Source: Octopus sinensis (Eukaryota). Taken from it: DNA of 64,000 nt. The notes beneath the pieces were generated by a model. That model was given only the letters and a program-made list of their open reading frames with translations. It was not told the origin of the DNA and made no database searches. The stretch is taken from assembly GCF_006345805.1 (NCBI RefSeq), contig NC_043018.1, positions 25,420,001 through 25,484,000 on the forward strand. The letters run 5' to 3'. The translations under genes and the position numbers were made by a program. This document shows positions 13,176-27,556 of this stretch, piece by piece. Within the stretch, counting starts at the first letter, position 1. Each line of letters opens with the position of its first letter.

Positions 13176-14726
13176 TGTGTGTATATTTGTATTAGGCACG
13201 CATGTATACATGTTTGTATGTCTTTGTGTATATGTACGAATGCAAATATGAACTGGTAATAACCTTCTACTAATTCTTCATTTATTGAATTTAATCTCCC
13301 CTAATCACGAATGTATTTCTAGGTTTTTGTTGTCTTATAACAGTGAAATGGGAAATTCTGATTCGTTAAAAAGATTTTGTCATTCTGTACATCCCCATAC
13401 ACATTTCATTTATGTGTGTGTGTGTGTATATATAGATATATATATATATATATATATAGTGTTTGTGTGTTAGTGTTTCTGTCTCTTTGCCTTTATATCA
13501 CATGGTAGTTGTAAACGAGTGTCGCTGTCATACTAGCAGTGTCCTCCATTTCTAATCTTCCAAGACATGTCTAGTCATTACTCGGAAACGGGTGAGGGTT
13601 GGCGAGAGTGAAGGCATCTGGCCATCTGTTTGACCCAAACATGCATGGAAAATTGGACATTAAACAACAACAACAACGATGATGGTGTGTGTGTAATATA
13701 TGTGCACAGTGCAGGTATATAATTCTGTGGTTTAGAAATTCACTCAGCAACAACATAGCTTCAAGTTCAGACCCATTGACCAGCTCCTTGAGCAAGTGTT
13801 TCTACTATAACTCCAGACTGACCGATGTCTTGTGAATGAATTAAGTAGACAGAAACTGTAGGCCCACCATATATGTGCGTATAGTATGTGTTTGACTACC
13901 AGTATGGGTTTGTAACTAAGCTGTTCAGCAAAACACGAGTCTGATAGACTGAAGACTTACAATAAGTACTGGCTCTGATTTCCACTGCTCACATCATCGT
14001 TTAACGTCCGTTTTCCATGCTAGCATGGGTTGGACAGTTCGACCGGGTTCTGGGAAGCCAGAGGGTTGCACTAGACTTCAGTCTGATTTGGTAGCAGTTT
14101 CTACTGCTGGATGCCCTTCCTAACGCCAGGTTGATAAAAGCAAACTGTCAAAGTAACTTGCTCTCTGACAGATTTATGATCAAGCCTGTGGTAGTGAAGA
14201 TCTCTAGCATTCTCTCTCACCCCCAGCCACCCCAGATTATATCTTTGCTCACTGCTATTGGGGCGGAGACTGCTGTTCCAGCCCCTCTTCCGTGATATCC
14301 TCTGGGGCAAAGCCTTTTTCATTTTGTCTGATGGAACTTATGAGGTGGCCTGAATTGCAGGAAAGTGAGAGAATATAAGAGTTTTGTATCTTACCACACA
14401 AACAATAAAATTAAGAAAATATACTCCATTTGAAAAAAATGACCGAAAGTACTCCTGTATGGCTGCAATCCAATGAAGACTATGTATGCGTTCATTTGTG
14501 TGCCTGTCTACATGTGGGTATGCATATATGCGTGTGTATGCATATATGTGTGTGTATGTATGTCTGTGTGTGTTTATATGAGTGTGCATACAGGGCTATC
14601 GAGTCAGAAGTAATAGGTTACCAGAGTCTGAATCGTGCCACAACATGGATGTCTGAGATTTGAGAAGAGTGTTCTACAACTCCAGTTGTAGGAAAAGTGG
14701 ACGTTAAATGATGGTGATATACAGTA

Positions 14727-15062
14727 AGTAAAAACCCCCTTTGGTCATGAATGACCATGGGGTTGCACCTATAAAGTTACCCTCTGAGGGACAGGTCTGG
14801 GCAAGGTTGTTTATGGGAGACCAGCAGTTGCCTATGCATACCAGCCTTCCCTCTCCACACCACTGATGTTATATTAGGGAAAGGCAAAGGCCGACACAGC
14901 TTGGTACCAGTGATATCGCAACTTATTTCTACAGTTGAATGAACTGGAGCAACATGAAATAAAGTGTTTGCTCAAGAACACAACACAGCCTGGTCCGGGA
15001 ATCAAACTCACTACCTTATGATTGTGAGCTTAATGCTCTCTCTAACGACTGAGCCATGTGAA
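14727..15062 (-). mobile_element. tRNA-headed SINE (family E)
   Basis: The reverse strand begins catggctcagtcgttaga...tgagtttgattcccggacc (tRNA-like A/B boxes) and continues into a SINE body. Confidence 0.75.
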
Positions 15063-15094
15063 CGTGTGTGTGTATACACACACACACACACACA

Positions 15095-15397
15095 CATGCA
15101 TATAAGGGTGCAGGATGTCACCAACAGTGTAAATAACATGAAATGCATAAACGAAAACAAATGGAAAACAGGACATGTAAACACAGAGAAAGGACCCTTC
15201 ATCAGTTGTCGGCTGTCTATCTACTCCTCATTTCGAGCATTCAACGATAAATGAGTAGACAGCTGACAACTGATGAAGGGTCCTTTCTCTATGTTTACTT
15301 GTCCCATTTCCCATTTTTTCTCATTGTTTACGTATTTAACTTTAACTATTTCATGTTATTTGCACTGTTGGTGACATCCTGTACCCATATATGCATG
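15095..15397. repeat. Foldback element, about 300-bp imperfect hairpin
   Basis: Outer arms catgcatataagggtgcaggatgtcaccaacagtgtaaataacatgaaa and its reverse complement; inner arms 15180-15220/15255-15295; loop about 15 nt. Confidence 0.9.
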
Positions 15398-16429
15398 TAT
15401 AATATATTTATTTATATATTATTTAATTGAATGCGACGCATCCATTTCCAAGTAATATATATGGTATGGGATTGTGCTAGATCCCTGACTACTCAACCCA
15501 TCCTGTTATACTTAACACCTTATCTTCTGACACTATTTGTTCCCCATTTGTCTACCTGTCTCATCACTCCCTTCAAACTCTATCTCTACTACTACTACTA
15601 CCCACTCACAACACTAAATTTGTTCCTCCCATCAACACCCTTGCCTAAAATCTTTAGTCTTGAGAGTTTACAAGGCAACCTCATGAGTGATGGTGCCATG
15701 AAGAGAAACATCCAGTACAAATTGGAAACCTGTCAGCGAACTGATGGAGGACATGCAGTGTCAAGAGGACTGCTTAGTCTTGCTGAAGACAAGGCAACTT
15801 CTGTGATGTTGGTACCATGGGGAAAAAGAATATGCTCATTGCATAAAGTGGTTGGTATTAGGAAGCACACCCAACCATAGAAACATTGCCAAAACTGACC
15901 CTCAGTGTATATCAGCACGAAAAGTGGCTTGATATGTAGATGATGATTGTGTATTATATCATAATCGTTTAATGTTCACCTTCTATGTTGGCATGGGTTG
16001 GACAGTTTGACAGGAGCTGGCCAGGTAGAAGACTACTCCAGGCTACAGTGTCTGTTTTAGCATGGCTTTTACAGCTAGATACCCTTCCTAACACCAACCA
16101 CCCCATAGAATATATGTAATATATATTGCACTACAACTGTTTCAGCTCTGATCATGAGGATGTCTTGGGGTTAAAGTGATTGTAGTGCAAGCTATAATTT
16201 AAAAAATACGAAACTCTACACTTGTATTTTTTTTTATTGAGTATTACATTACTACATATGAAATTTGTACATTTTCAGTTTAACTAATTTCAGTAAATAC
16301 GACATTATTTCTTTTATACAAGATATTGGAGAGAAATAGTCTTCATGATATATAGAAACATGTATGTGTGCAAGTGTATTCATTCGTGTGTAACTGCAAA
16401 ATGTGTGTGTATCTTCATATATATATATA

Positions 16430-16720
16430 GGAGCACTCTGTCAGTTATGATGACGAGGGTCCCATCTGATATGATCAATGGAACAGCCATCTTGTGAAAT
16501 TAATGTGCAAGTGACTGAGCAATCCACAGACACGTGTACCCTTAACGTAGTTCTCAGGGAGATTCAGCGTGACACAGTGTGTGACAAGGCCGGCCCTTTG
16601 AAATACAGGTACAACTCATTTTTGCCAGCTGAGTGGACTGGAGCAACGTGAAATAAAGTGTCTTGCTCAAGGACACAACACGTCACTGGGAATTGAACTC
16701 ACGATCTTACAATTATGAGC
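16430..16720 (-). mobile_element. tRNA-headed SINE (family D)
   Basis: Shares gtgtcttgctcaaggacacaac/ggaattgaactcac with family E. A + strand relative lies at 39373-39645. Confidence 0.75.
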
Positions 16721-17040
16721 TGCTGCTGTCTGACTGGCACATAAAAAGTACTGTTTGGGTGTTGGGCCTCATGGAGACAGTGACAGGTGACCAAGACTTT
16801 TGGCGATATACCATGCTTGTGAAAATCTGTCAAGTCAAGTGAGTGTAGTCGTGGTCAGTGCTGGTGTCAGGTCAATGGTACCCATGCCAGTGACACATAA
16901 AAAGCACCCACTACTCTCTTGGAGTGGTTGGCGTTAGGAAGGGCATACAGCTGCAGAAACCTTGCCAAATCAGATTGGATCTGGTGCAGCTCCAACCCAT
17001 GCCAGCATCGAAAGCAGACGTTAAAGGGTGATGATGATAA
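16720..17040 (+). mobile_element. SINE/LINE-tail family C with (GAT)n tail
   Basis: aaaagcacccactac..ggagtggttggcgttaggaagggcat..cagct..aacccatgccagcat.gaaagc.gacgttaaa..gatgatga. Other copies at about 13990-14130, 21030-21285, 22005-22272, 26455-26665, 55157-55363, 61700-61985 and 63409-63757. Confidence 0.8.
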
Positions 17041-17789
17041 ATATTTTCCTTTACTTGTTTTAGTTGTTTGACTGCAGTCATGCTGGAGCACCACCTTGAA
17101 GGGTTTGAACAAACTGATCCCAGCACTTATGTTTTAAGCCTAGTACTTATTCTGTGTTTGTCTCTTGCTGAACCAAGTTACAGGGACATAAACACACCAA
17201 CACCGGTTGTCAAATGGTGATGGGGGGAATGGGCTGACACAAATACAAGTGATGGGGAGAAACTGACATACATGCACACGATGGGCTTCTTTCAGTGTGT
17301 CTATCACATCCACTCACAAGGCTTTGGTTGGCCTGGTGCTATAGTAGAAGACATTTGCCCAATGTGCAATGCAATGGGACTGAACACAGAACCATTTGGT
17401 TGGGAAGCAAGCTGCTTACCACTCAGCCACAGTATATTTAGTGGAGAAAACCTGTTTACTGATTCATATATATGTAAATATATTCCTGTGTGTGTGTGTG
17501 TGTCTTGTTTTTTCCTTTTCTTGGTTTCAGTCATCAGACTGCAGCCATGCTGGGTCACTACCTGTAAAGGATTTTAATTTATCATATCGACTTCCCTTCG
17601 CTGTACTCTGGGTGTGTGTGATCAATGTAATTTATTGGCTTCCATGGAAATGAATGTTTATCATTTACTCTATTTTTGTATTCTCCTTTTTATTAATATC
17701 CTTGTGACAAATGTTAGTTGAGGTCTGGCACAAACGTTACTGTCTGATTCCTTTTTCTCTCCCATGGCATTCTGTACTACATGTAGATC

Positions 17790-18210
17790 TCTCAACTTCT
17801 TCAAGTATCACTTGAGAAGGAAGGTGAGAATAGAGAGGGAAGTTTTGTCTAGCGAATGCTTCAACAAAAGATGGGTGAATGTAACAAGGATGGCGTGTGT
17901 GAATGACAGAGCCACCTTGAGCATAATCTTATGAACCAGAAAAGCAAAGGAAAAAAGAGTTAACCTACTTGCAAATGTGTTATTGTGTGACATTATTGCC
18001 CGAGGTTACCGTGGTCTTTTTGTAGGTTTTTCTTTCCACACTTCTGGGGACTTTTTGTACTATTTTGACTTTTGTATATCTCAAATGATTACGATCCCTT
18101 TTTTAATTTTTTACGATCCCTATTTTAATTTTTTAAATTTTTGTTTGTTTCACCCCTCGAAAACAATAAAACTCTACATTGTATTTGCCCCCTCTATGTT
18201 AAGCACTGTC
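17790..18210 (+). mobile_element. 5'-truncated L1/Tx1 3' end
   Basis: Open frame LNFFKYHLRRKVRIEREVLSSECFNKRWVNVTRMACVNDRATLSIIL* followed by a T-rich UTR ending near aataaa. Confidence 0.7.
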
Positions 18211-21200
18211 TAGCCAATAAACAAAGTTATCTGTCTGTCTGTCTGTCTGTCTCTCTCTGTCTGTCTCTCTCTCTCTCTGTCTGTCTCTCTATCTATCTGT
18301 CTATCTATCTATCTATCTATCTATCTGTCTATCTATGTATCTATCTATCTATCTGTCTATCTATATCTATCTACCGCTATCTATCTATATCGATGTCTAT
18401 CTAAAGATATATACAGATAGATAGATAGATAGATAGATATATACAGATAGATAGAGATAGATATCTATCTGTCTCTCTATCATTCACTCTCCTTCTCTCC
18501 CCCATCTGTCGTTCTCTCTCTCCCTCCATGCATGCACACTGTTTCGAAGTTCATATCCCACTCGTGTCCTGCTCAGCCTCTGTTTCCTTCTTCCCCTCTT
18601 GTGATGTGGGATGGCTGGAGAAGATCAATAAAATGAAATAAACACATCAATAATTTTCTGGTGATTCAGTCAACTAGCCACCCCAGCATTCTCCCCCCTC
18701 CTTTAACTCCCTACTCTCTTCTCTTCTCTTTTTCCTCTAACTGTAAAATAATTTTCCAAAAAATAATCATGTTCTTTTTTTTAAAAAAAAATATTAGTTG
18801 TAAGCTAATTCTTTCTATATAAGTGTATAGTGTTTGTGTTTATGGTCATGGAACGGCATGATTAGGAATAAAATGAGAATGATCTATCTCTGTGATGGGT
18901 GCCAGCTCTCTTTCTCCAGCCATCTTTTTTTTCTCCTCTCTCTCTGTCTCAATATGTTTTAGCACAAACACACTTTTTGTGCTGTGTTCTTTGTGTCTTC
19001 TGGTCTGGTGTGCTGTGTGTATGTACTGTACGCATGTGTACATGCATCACTCTAATTATATCTGCTTCTGTTAGTTTCATTATCTCTTTCTTTATCTCTC
19101 TCTCTCTCTGTGTGTATGCATGTCCTATTTATATATCCCTATCTCTCTCGGACCAATTAAAAATTTTATGCATACACACACACACACACACACCACACAC
19201 ACACACACACAAAAGCAAGCAAGCAAGCACATGCATGCCATTATTTTTTTCTTGTTTCAGTCATTCAACAGCAGCTATACTGAGGCGCCACCTTCAGTGA
19301 TTTAGTTGTACAATATGGTCCCAGTACTTATTTTTTTAATTCTGGTACTTGGTCCCTTTTGCTGAACCACTATATCACAGTGGTGGCAGGGTTCAACGAA
19401 CTAAGCCAGTTGTCAAGCGGGTAGCAGGAATAAACGCACATACACACGTGACAATATTTCTACAGTTTCTGCCTAACAGGCATTGGTTGACCTGGAGCTA
19501 TTGAAGAAGACACTTGCCTAAAGTGTCTCTCAGTGGGATTGAACCTGAAATTACACAGTTGCAAAGTGAACTTCTTGACCACACAGCCATGGTGTGCCTA
19601 CGTATGAAATGTTTTCTTTCTTCAACTAGTATTAGCATATGGCCATGCTGGGGTCCTTCAAGTGTTTAGTCTGACCTTATCAGTCCTGGTATTTATTTTA
19701 GTGGAGCGTTTATTCCATCCATATTTTATCCCTCTTTTTGTTGAACTGCTAAGTTATAGGACATGAATAGACATAACACATACGACATTGACAGCCTAAG
19801 TAGAAGAATGCAATTGGTGAGTACTTTTGGCCAGTTTCTGTCTGCCAAATTCTGGTCTCAAAGGATTGGTGATTCTTTGGCTAAAGTAGAAGCTGCTTGC
19901 CTGAGGTGCTGTGTATTGGGATGGAACCTACAATCTTGTAGTTGTGAAGCAAACTTCTTAAACATGTAGCCATGCCTGTATCTAATTTATTTGCGTGTAC
20001 ATTGTACTCTAGCAAGCTAAGACAAAGCTAGAAAACTAAAGACACACACACACACACACACTCTCTCTCTTTGCTTTTCTACCTTTGTCTCTATCTCCGT
20101 ATATTTGTGTTTCTTAGTGCAATCTGAGAATTGCAATGCCACCAGTTTCTCCATTATTTCAACAACCTGTCGGCTTTTGGCCAAGAATTCCCCCAACCAC
20201 TGCCATTTCTGCTGCTGGATACCGTCAACATTCCTCTTTTCTAATCAACTTTTAAGTACACTGTTTAGAGAAAGCCATTTTGTATTTGTGTAAAAGAAAC
20301 CAGGACAGGAAAATAATAATTTCCGTAATGATAGATTGCTTTAAAAATACCGAGTGTTGGTCGAGTTATTTTCAATAATTTGAAATTTTTTTTTTTTTTA
20401 AATAATTATTTTATTGAAGTTTGAGGAATGGTCATATATATATGTTATAACTTTTCAAATTGAGATTCAGTTGAATTGTCCTAAGGAATTATATATAAAT
20501 TTTAAAGCAGATCAAATTCAAAAATCAACAATCCATAGGATATTCACTGATAATATCATCAGGTTGATGCTCCAAAAACGAAAGTTATCGTGTAAGTGTA
20601 ACATTTTGGACATATTCCTTAATTGGTTACTAGAGGAAAGTTCCAAGAGTCCAAGAGAGACATGGTAAAGCGGAAAGGAGATAAAAGAAGTGAGCCATAA
20701 AACGAAAAAATGCACATAGGTTATTTCATACGCACACACACACGCACGAAATTGTCATCATTTTCACATCTATTTTCTGTGCTTGCATGGATCAGATGAA
20801 ATTTGTTGAGATAGATTTTCTACAGCCAGATGTTGTCATTCATTTCCATGTAATGTAGCATAATATATCTTCTAATCCTTCTGACATGAATAGGCTAGTG
20901 TCTAGATATATTTCTGTAGAAGATTGCAAACAGATGGCAGTAATGTTCTTTTGCAATTATTGTACATTGTCAAGACAAGGATGCACACACACACACTCTG
21001 AATTTTGGGCCACCAAATTTACTCACAAAGCTTTGATGATATCCTGTACTTGAGAAAATACGTCAAGCCAAGTGCAATTGTAGTTGTGGCCAATGTCGGT
21101 GTCATGTAACTGGCACGTCAAGAGGACCCATTACACTGTTGTAGTAGTTGGTGTTAGGAAGGGCATCCAGCCATAAAACCCATTCCAAATCAGACTGGGA

Positions 21201-21646
21201 CCTGGTACAGCTCTGTGGCTTACCAATTCCAGTCAAACTGTCTAACCCATGCCAGCATGGAAAGCGGACATTTGATGATGATGATTTATCTACCTGCCTA
21301 CCCACCACCCTTTTACTTGTTTGTCATTTGACTGGCCATGCTGGAGCACCACCTTTTAGTTGAAGAAACCGACTCCTGAATTTATTCTTTGAAAGCCTAT
21401 TGTTTATTCTATTGTCTCGTCTGCTGAACCACTAAGTTATGCAGATGACTTCTTGAAAAATGTTGCCCTTGCTTGACATAGAAGCTCCCTCATTGGTTTG
21501 CATTATTTGTGGTTGCTGTTTAGTCCAGGAGTCAGCAGTGATTTAGCAGACCAATAATCGGAGGCATTTCAGCATGACCAACATGGCTTATTTTTCTAGA
21601 TTGCATTATCTAATGTAACTTTCCTCTTTTTCTAAGGTAATTTAAC

Positions 21647-22337
21647 CCTTCAGCACTTAACAGGTCCTATGAGGCCCAAATATTCAACCTGTTTTATGCT
21701 CAAATCAGCCAGATCCAGTCACTCACACCTACCCTACAATGTCGTTCTGAAAATAAACAATCCTACCTTTGGAATCTTGAAGCTATAAGGCAGTGCTTTT
21801 CAACACTTTTGCTGGAGCGGAACCCCAAGGAAACATTCTACTGGCTCGAGGAACCCCCGTGCAATAATTTAATAGTCTTATGCACACATATCTGCACAGG
21901 AGAATTAAAAATTACTGCCGATTTTAGCAGTTTTGTAACTTCTTGCGGAACCCCTGGACTGTACTGGCGGAACCCTGGTTGAAAACCACTGCTATAAGGT
22001 AATGCAATATGCCATGCTTGAGTAGAAGACCCATCAAGCCAAGTGACATCGTAGTCGTGGCAGATACTGGTGTCATGCAATTGACCCCCATGCCGGTGGC
22101 ACATAAAAGCACCCATCACACTCTCAGAGTGGTTGGCATTAGGAAGGGCATTCAGCTGTGGAAACCATGCCAAATCAGACGAGTCTTGTGCAGCCCCCTC
22201 AGCTTATCAGCGCTGCTCAAACTGTTCAACTCCTGCCAGCATGGACAATGGCTGTTAAATGATGATGATGATTCATTCAAGACAATGTGAATAAATAAGC
22301 ATTGCATTAGACAGAATAATCTGAATGCTGACGGGTT
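21647..22337. mobile_element. TTAA-flanked MITE family A interrupted by a hAT MITE and a family C element
   Basis: Starts ttaa-cccttcagca and ends tgctgacggg-ttaa. The two halves join into the MITE A sequence seen intact at 37879-38097. Confidence 0.75.
21791..21991. mobile_element. hAT-superfamily MITE
   Basis: TIRs cagtgcttttcaac / gttgaaaaccactg; exact 8-bp TSD ctataagg at 21783-21790 and 21992-21999. Confidence 0.9.
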
Positions 22338-25300
22338 AAGAGAGATTTAGATATTTCTATTACATAGAACAACCCTGCAGAAGCCCTTCCTCTTTCTGAT
22401 GGCTCATAGGAGAGGTTAGTTTGTAATTTAGTTGTAATTTGTCAGATGACTAATTCAGTTTGCTCCTCTCCCTCTTTTAGTTTTGGGGGATATGTTGGGT
22501 CGGTGACTAAATGCCGCTTTAATTTTCCATTTTTAGCTTGTATTTATTTAAAGTTTTACGAGATTTTGTTTATGATTTTTGGTGCAAACCAGCATCGATA
22601 TGGTATTGACTTGCCTACCAATAGACCAACTCAGATTAATATAATCTCTGAAGATTTCTACGTATTAATAATAGTTAGTTGTCTAATCTTTTTAACTGGA
22701 AAAAGAGAAAAAAAAAGCCAATTTGCTATTAATGCTTATCTTAGGCTGCTGCTGTTGCTAGGTGGTGTGTCATGGTTTTGGGTTAAATATCCTAAATAAG
22801 GCAAAATAGGGCAGTAGTTTGTGGTGGAAGAGATCTGTCAAGTTTGCGTCACAGCTGACTTAGAAATTGCGCTATGTGAGTAAAAATAGTTGACTTAGAA
22901 ACTGCACCATGTGACATGGGGAGGAATTCTTTCACTGTAAATCATCCCCATCCATTATAATTTCAACGTCCACTTTCCCTGCTCACATGGGTCACAAACT
23001 TTGTAGAGATGGATTTTCCACAGCTTGATGCCCTTTCTGTTGCCAACCCTAGCAATGTTTTCACTGAAGATTGGAAATGAAGGACACTGCGACAAGCATG
23101 TGTGTGGTTGAAAATTTTACTAGGTTTGATCCCACTTTGTGTTGACTTTGAGCAAGTGCCTTCTACTGTTAGCCTTGGATAGGCCAATGCCTTGAGTGGA
23201 ACTTGGTAGGTGGAAATTGTAGAAGCTCATCATGTGTGTTTGTGTGTGTGTATATCTATCTCTTTCTCTCCCTTTTTTGAAGAAATCAGTCATCACAAGA
23301 GGAATGAACTCTGTCAAGTTTATATATCTAAGAGAGCATATATCTGATGATACCTCTTTATATTGTAGCCATGGTAATATAGTTCAACACATTCCTCATA
23401 TGATAAAAATGATAAAGAAATTGTCTGCTGCCTCTGTCGACATTGAACAAAACCAAAACTAAACCAATTCACTTGTCTTTAACTGACATATTCCACTCAA
23501 TTCCCACATGTGTAGAAAGTTAATAAGATATTGATGCTACATCTAAATAGACATGGAAACATTTTGATACGGTTTTTAATATTGTAATTTTGATGGCATC
23601 AGGTTTCCTCAATCACTTTGGTGGTTTGGTCATGGAATGTAATTTTTTTAATCATCTGATTACTTTCATCAGAGTTGTAATTGTACAAACCCATTCACTT
23701 TTTGGCCTGATTATTTTTGTTTCAATGACCAATCACAGGTTTTACGATAGACTGGTACCACATCCCAGAGGATATGTCTCAATCCTTTAGCATTTAAACT
23801 AGCCAGATGCAATAATTTGGTAAGAACTGTGTGGTAGGAAGTTTCCTACTGAACCACATGCTTTCAGGTTCTGTCTCACTGTGTGGCACTTGGGCAAGTG
23901 GTTTTTACTGTCGCTTTAGGCTAACCAAAGTCTTGTGAGTGAATTCAATTGATGGAAACAGAAAGAAGCCTGTCATTGTGTGTGTGTTTTCACATTGCAT
24001 ATAAGTACAGATACCTGATCAACTCTGACCGATGTAAGTTCTGTAAGAAGATTTGAACACTTCAAAGCAGGCAATAACCAGGGGCAGTCTTAGGTAGGTT
24101 GATATAAAAAAAAACCAAAAAACTCAAAGCTTTTGATCGTGACAGCAGTGGAAATAGCTGTATCCAGCTGAAAGAGCTGAGGATCTTTTTTAATCAGTGT
24201 GTGTGTTATGTAGACCTATTTTCTTTACAAGGTTAATATAGGTTTCTTTTCAGTAACATTTCACTAATTTTGTACATTAAAAGATTTTTTTTTTTTACTA
24301 TTTTAGAAACTTTGAGAGATACGAAATAAATCATTTCAATGGTGGAACTTGAATATTTAGAATATTGGATTTAAAAAAAAAAAAACTTTAGATAAAAATA
24401 AGTCAGCTAAACAACAAAAGTAAGCTTTCCCTAGACAATCAAACTCAGAGAAAATAAAAATGAAAGTAACATCACTACAAGGTATTAATGGAAAGCAGCT
24501 CATACATATATACATTATACTAAATGGTATGGATTTATAAAAAAAGTACAAACCAAGAAAATCATAGTTCTGAAATTATGCACATACTACAAAAAATGGA
24601 GGGAAAAAATCTTTAGCTAAAGAGGGTTCATGCTGGGGCTTTAATAACTGCACCAAGTAAAATAAAATAAAACTGAACTGAACATAGTATAAATATAGCA
24701 TGGCAAACCGGGATGAATAAGAGGTGAATCTTTCAAATTATTCTTCGTATGTGTTAATTAATTATACATCCAGCTTCAGTTTGTATAGATCTTTGACATT
24801 CACTGTTCCATGTTTCACTACCATGTAGCATCTAGTCTCTTATACATCCTTGATATAAAAGATAAAACATATTGTGAAGGTGATTGTCCTAGTGGTTAAT
24901 TGTTGCACTCATGATTGTAAGATTGTGGTTTCAATTTCTAGCCCTGGTGGTGCATTGTGTTCTTCATTTTACATTGTTAAAAAGGGGTTCCAGTAATAGC
25001 TGGGGACTTAACCATGTGACTGACTGGCATCGCATTCAGGGCTGGGGTGTGTTGTAACTTCAGTCACTTCATATGCTTTAGAAAACATGAGTCATAGTGC
25101 TTATGACAGACCCAAGCCTCTACTCATTTATGTGGGTTAATGGAGTCTTTAGTTAAATGTCCCTCAAACATCACCCTACCATTCTGGAAGAATGGATTAA
25201 TACATTTAATTATGGAGTTCTGTATATATCGGAGAAAAGTACAGGTTGATCACAGCTGGAACATTGATTGATTGTTAAGAAAACTTTTAGTTTTAATCCT

Positions 25301-27521
25301 ACAATAACCATCTGCTGCACTAATTATATAATTACTGAGGTAATAGAAATTTAAAAATCACTATTGTGATCCACCTGAACAGTTCAGGAATTTCATGGTA
25401 TTCTTACTATTAACCATTCCCTTTCTCTTTCAAAGTATCCACACCTCTAGTTGCCTGTCACTCTGACAGGAGATTAGGACTGCAGTTCTTCAGTTTTGGG
25501 AATTTCTTGCAAGCACTGAGCATATGGTATTGAGTAGCCTTTCAGCTCCCTTATTACATATCAAGTAAGGCCCTTTGTATATAAACTGGAAATTTTTGTG
25601 CTCCCTTGCTGCTTGTAATTGCAAAATATTTCTCTATTTTATTTTTGTCTCAGCTCATCATCATCATCATCCTACTCTTTTAACATCCGTTTTCCATGCT
25701 GGCATGGGTTGGATGGTTTGACCAAAGCTAGCAAGCAGGAGAGCTGCACCAGTCTGATTTGGCTTAGTTTCTATGTCTGGGTGTCCTTCCTAATGCCAAC
25801 AAATTTACAGTGTGTGCTCTGTGCCTTTAATGTGGTGCTGGTACTTTGTAACCACAAGAACAAAGATAGGTGAAAAAGTCACTCACTATCTTTAATTTGG
25901 GTTTCACACCTACTCTTAAATATGATCTAAAGTATATGATGATGGATACTTCAGGTGGCCACAATCGGTTTCTCTGAATAGTCACCAAAGTACTGTTTCC
26001 CAATAAGATTGTAGCTTGGAGATCAGGGAGTTTCTCCCAGTTGGTTGCTACTCCTCTGCATTGAGGAGTCACTGTTCCTGTATTGTGGCTATGCAGTTAA
26101 ATTGTCTGAGAAATGAATTGCAGGACAGATTTCATAAGCAAGCCTAACCAGCATGATAGCTTGTTAGATTATAAGTAAAATGACTAGATGATATCCAGTC
26201 TTGGCCTTGTTTGGGGACCCAGCCAGTGCATTTATTGATGGTTGCTCCTGATAGCATAAAACCCTCTGAGGGTGTGTCTGAAGACTCAGCCCCACAACTC
26301 CCACAGGAATAGTGAGCCACGAAAAGAAACTTTGCTAGTATGGAATATGTAAAAATGATTGACATGTTTGACCTTATGACAAATGTTTATGCAGTATAGA
26401 TATACATTGTAAGTAGCTCCAAAACCAATGTGATAGTTTCTCTCATAAGAAGCGCTACTCACCTTGCCTGTGCTTGTACCATGAAAAAAAGCACTAAGTC
26501 CACTCTGCTGAGTGGTTGGTGTTAGGAAGGGCATCCAGCTGTAAAAATCCTGCCAAAACAGTCACAGAAGTCTGGTGCAGGCTTTGGCTAGCCAGCTCTT
26601 GTGGTACCCATCCCACCCATGCTAGCATGGAAGACGGATGTTAAACGATAATGATGATGATGATGTTTGCAAATGAAGAAAACACTGATCAAAATAATCC
26701 TTTCTACCGTAGTCAGAAAGCCTGAAATTGTTGGAGTGAGAAGGGCTACTCCATTACATCGAACCCAGGGCTCAATTGATACGTATTTTTATTAACCTTC
26801 AAAAGATGGTGGGCGAAGTTGATCTCTGTGAGATTTGAACTCAGAATGCAAAGCTGTAAGAAATGCTGCTAAGCATTTTATCTGACATGCTAAGGACTCT
26901 GCCAGCTTGCTGCCTTTTCAAGCAAAATGATAATAAATACGATAAACAAACAACGCAAAAACAAACGAACATCAACAATGACCTGCATCTAGCCTCATTT
27001 AATTGACTGCAATCAACGTATGATAAGCTGGTTTCCTATGGAAAGGATTATAAACTGTTAGAATGATAGTTCAAGCATTAAACTTAACAGCACAGCCTAC
27101 ACTCAGTTACTGACGACACATATTTGATCATAACAGATAACTTGAATATTGTTGTTGTTGTTGGTGTTGGTGGTGGTGTTTGACTGAAATAGCTAATCTA
27201 TAGTGGATAATCAGTAATTTAATAGCTGTGTTTCTTTTTATAGACATTACTATGCTGAAAATTGTTATCCACACCCTTTCCAGGTTGTTTGCTGTTTGTG
27301 TATTATGTAATATATACATACAAATAAATGGTGTGTGTGTGTGTATATATATATATACACACACATATACACACATGCTCACATGTAAATATATATGTAC
27401 ATACACACACACACATGTGCGCACATACAAATTTATATCACTTATCTGAAGGTAGAAAATGAAAAACTAGTAATTGAAAATTTGTGAAGTTTCAGTTTTC
27501 AAAATAAAACAACTAATTGTT

Positions 27522-27556
<35 letters not shown>

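Noticed and set aside
15250-15300. Hammerhead ribozyme in the 15.1-15.4 kb foldback (CTGATGA present)
   Set aside because: There is no correctly placed GAAA with pairable stem II and stem III.
15431-15880. 149-aa ORF and the other 60-130 aa ORFs across the window
   Set aside because: They show no recognisable domains; most translate microsatellites or SINE bodies, and many use non-ATG starts.
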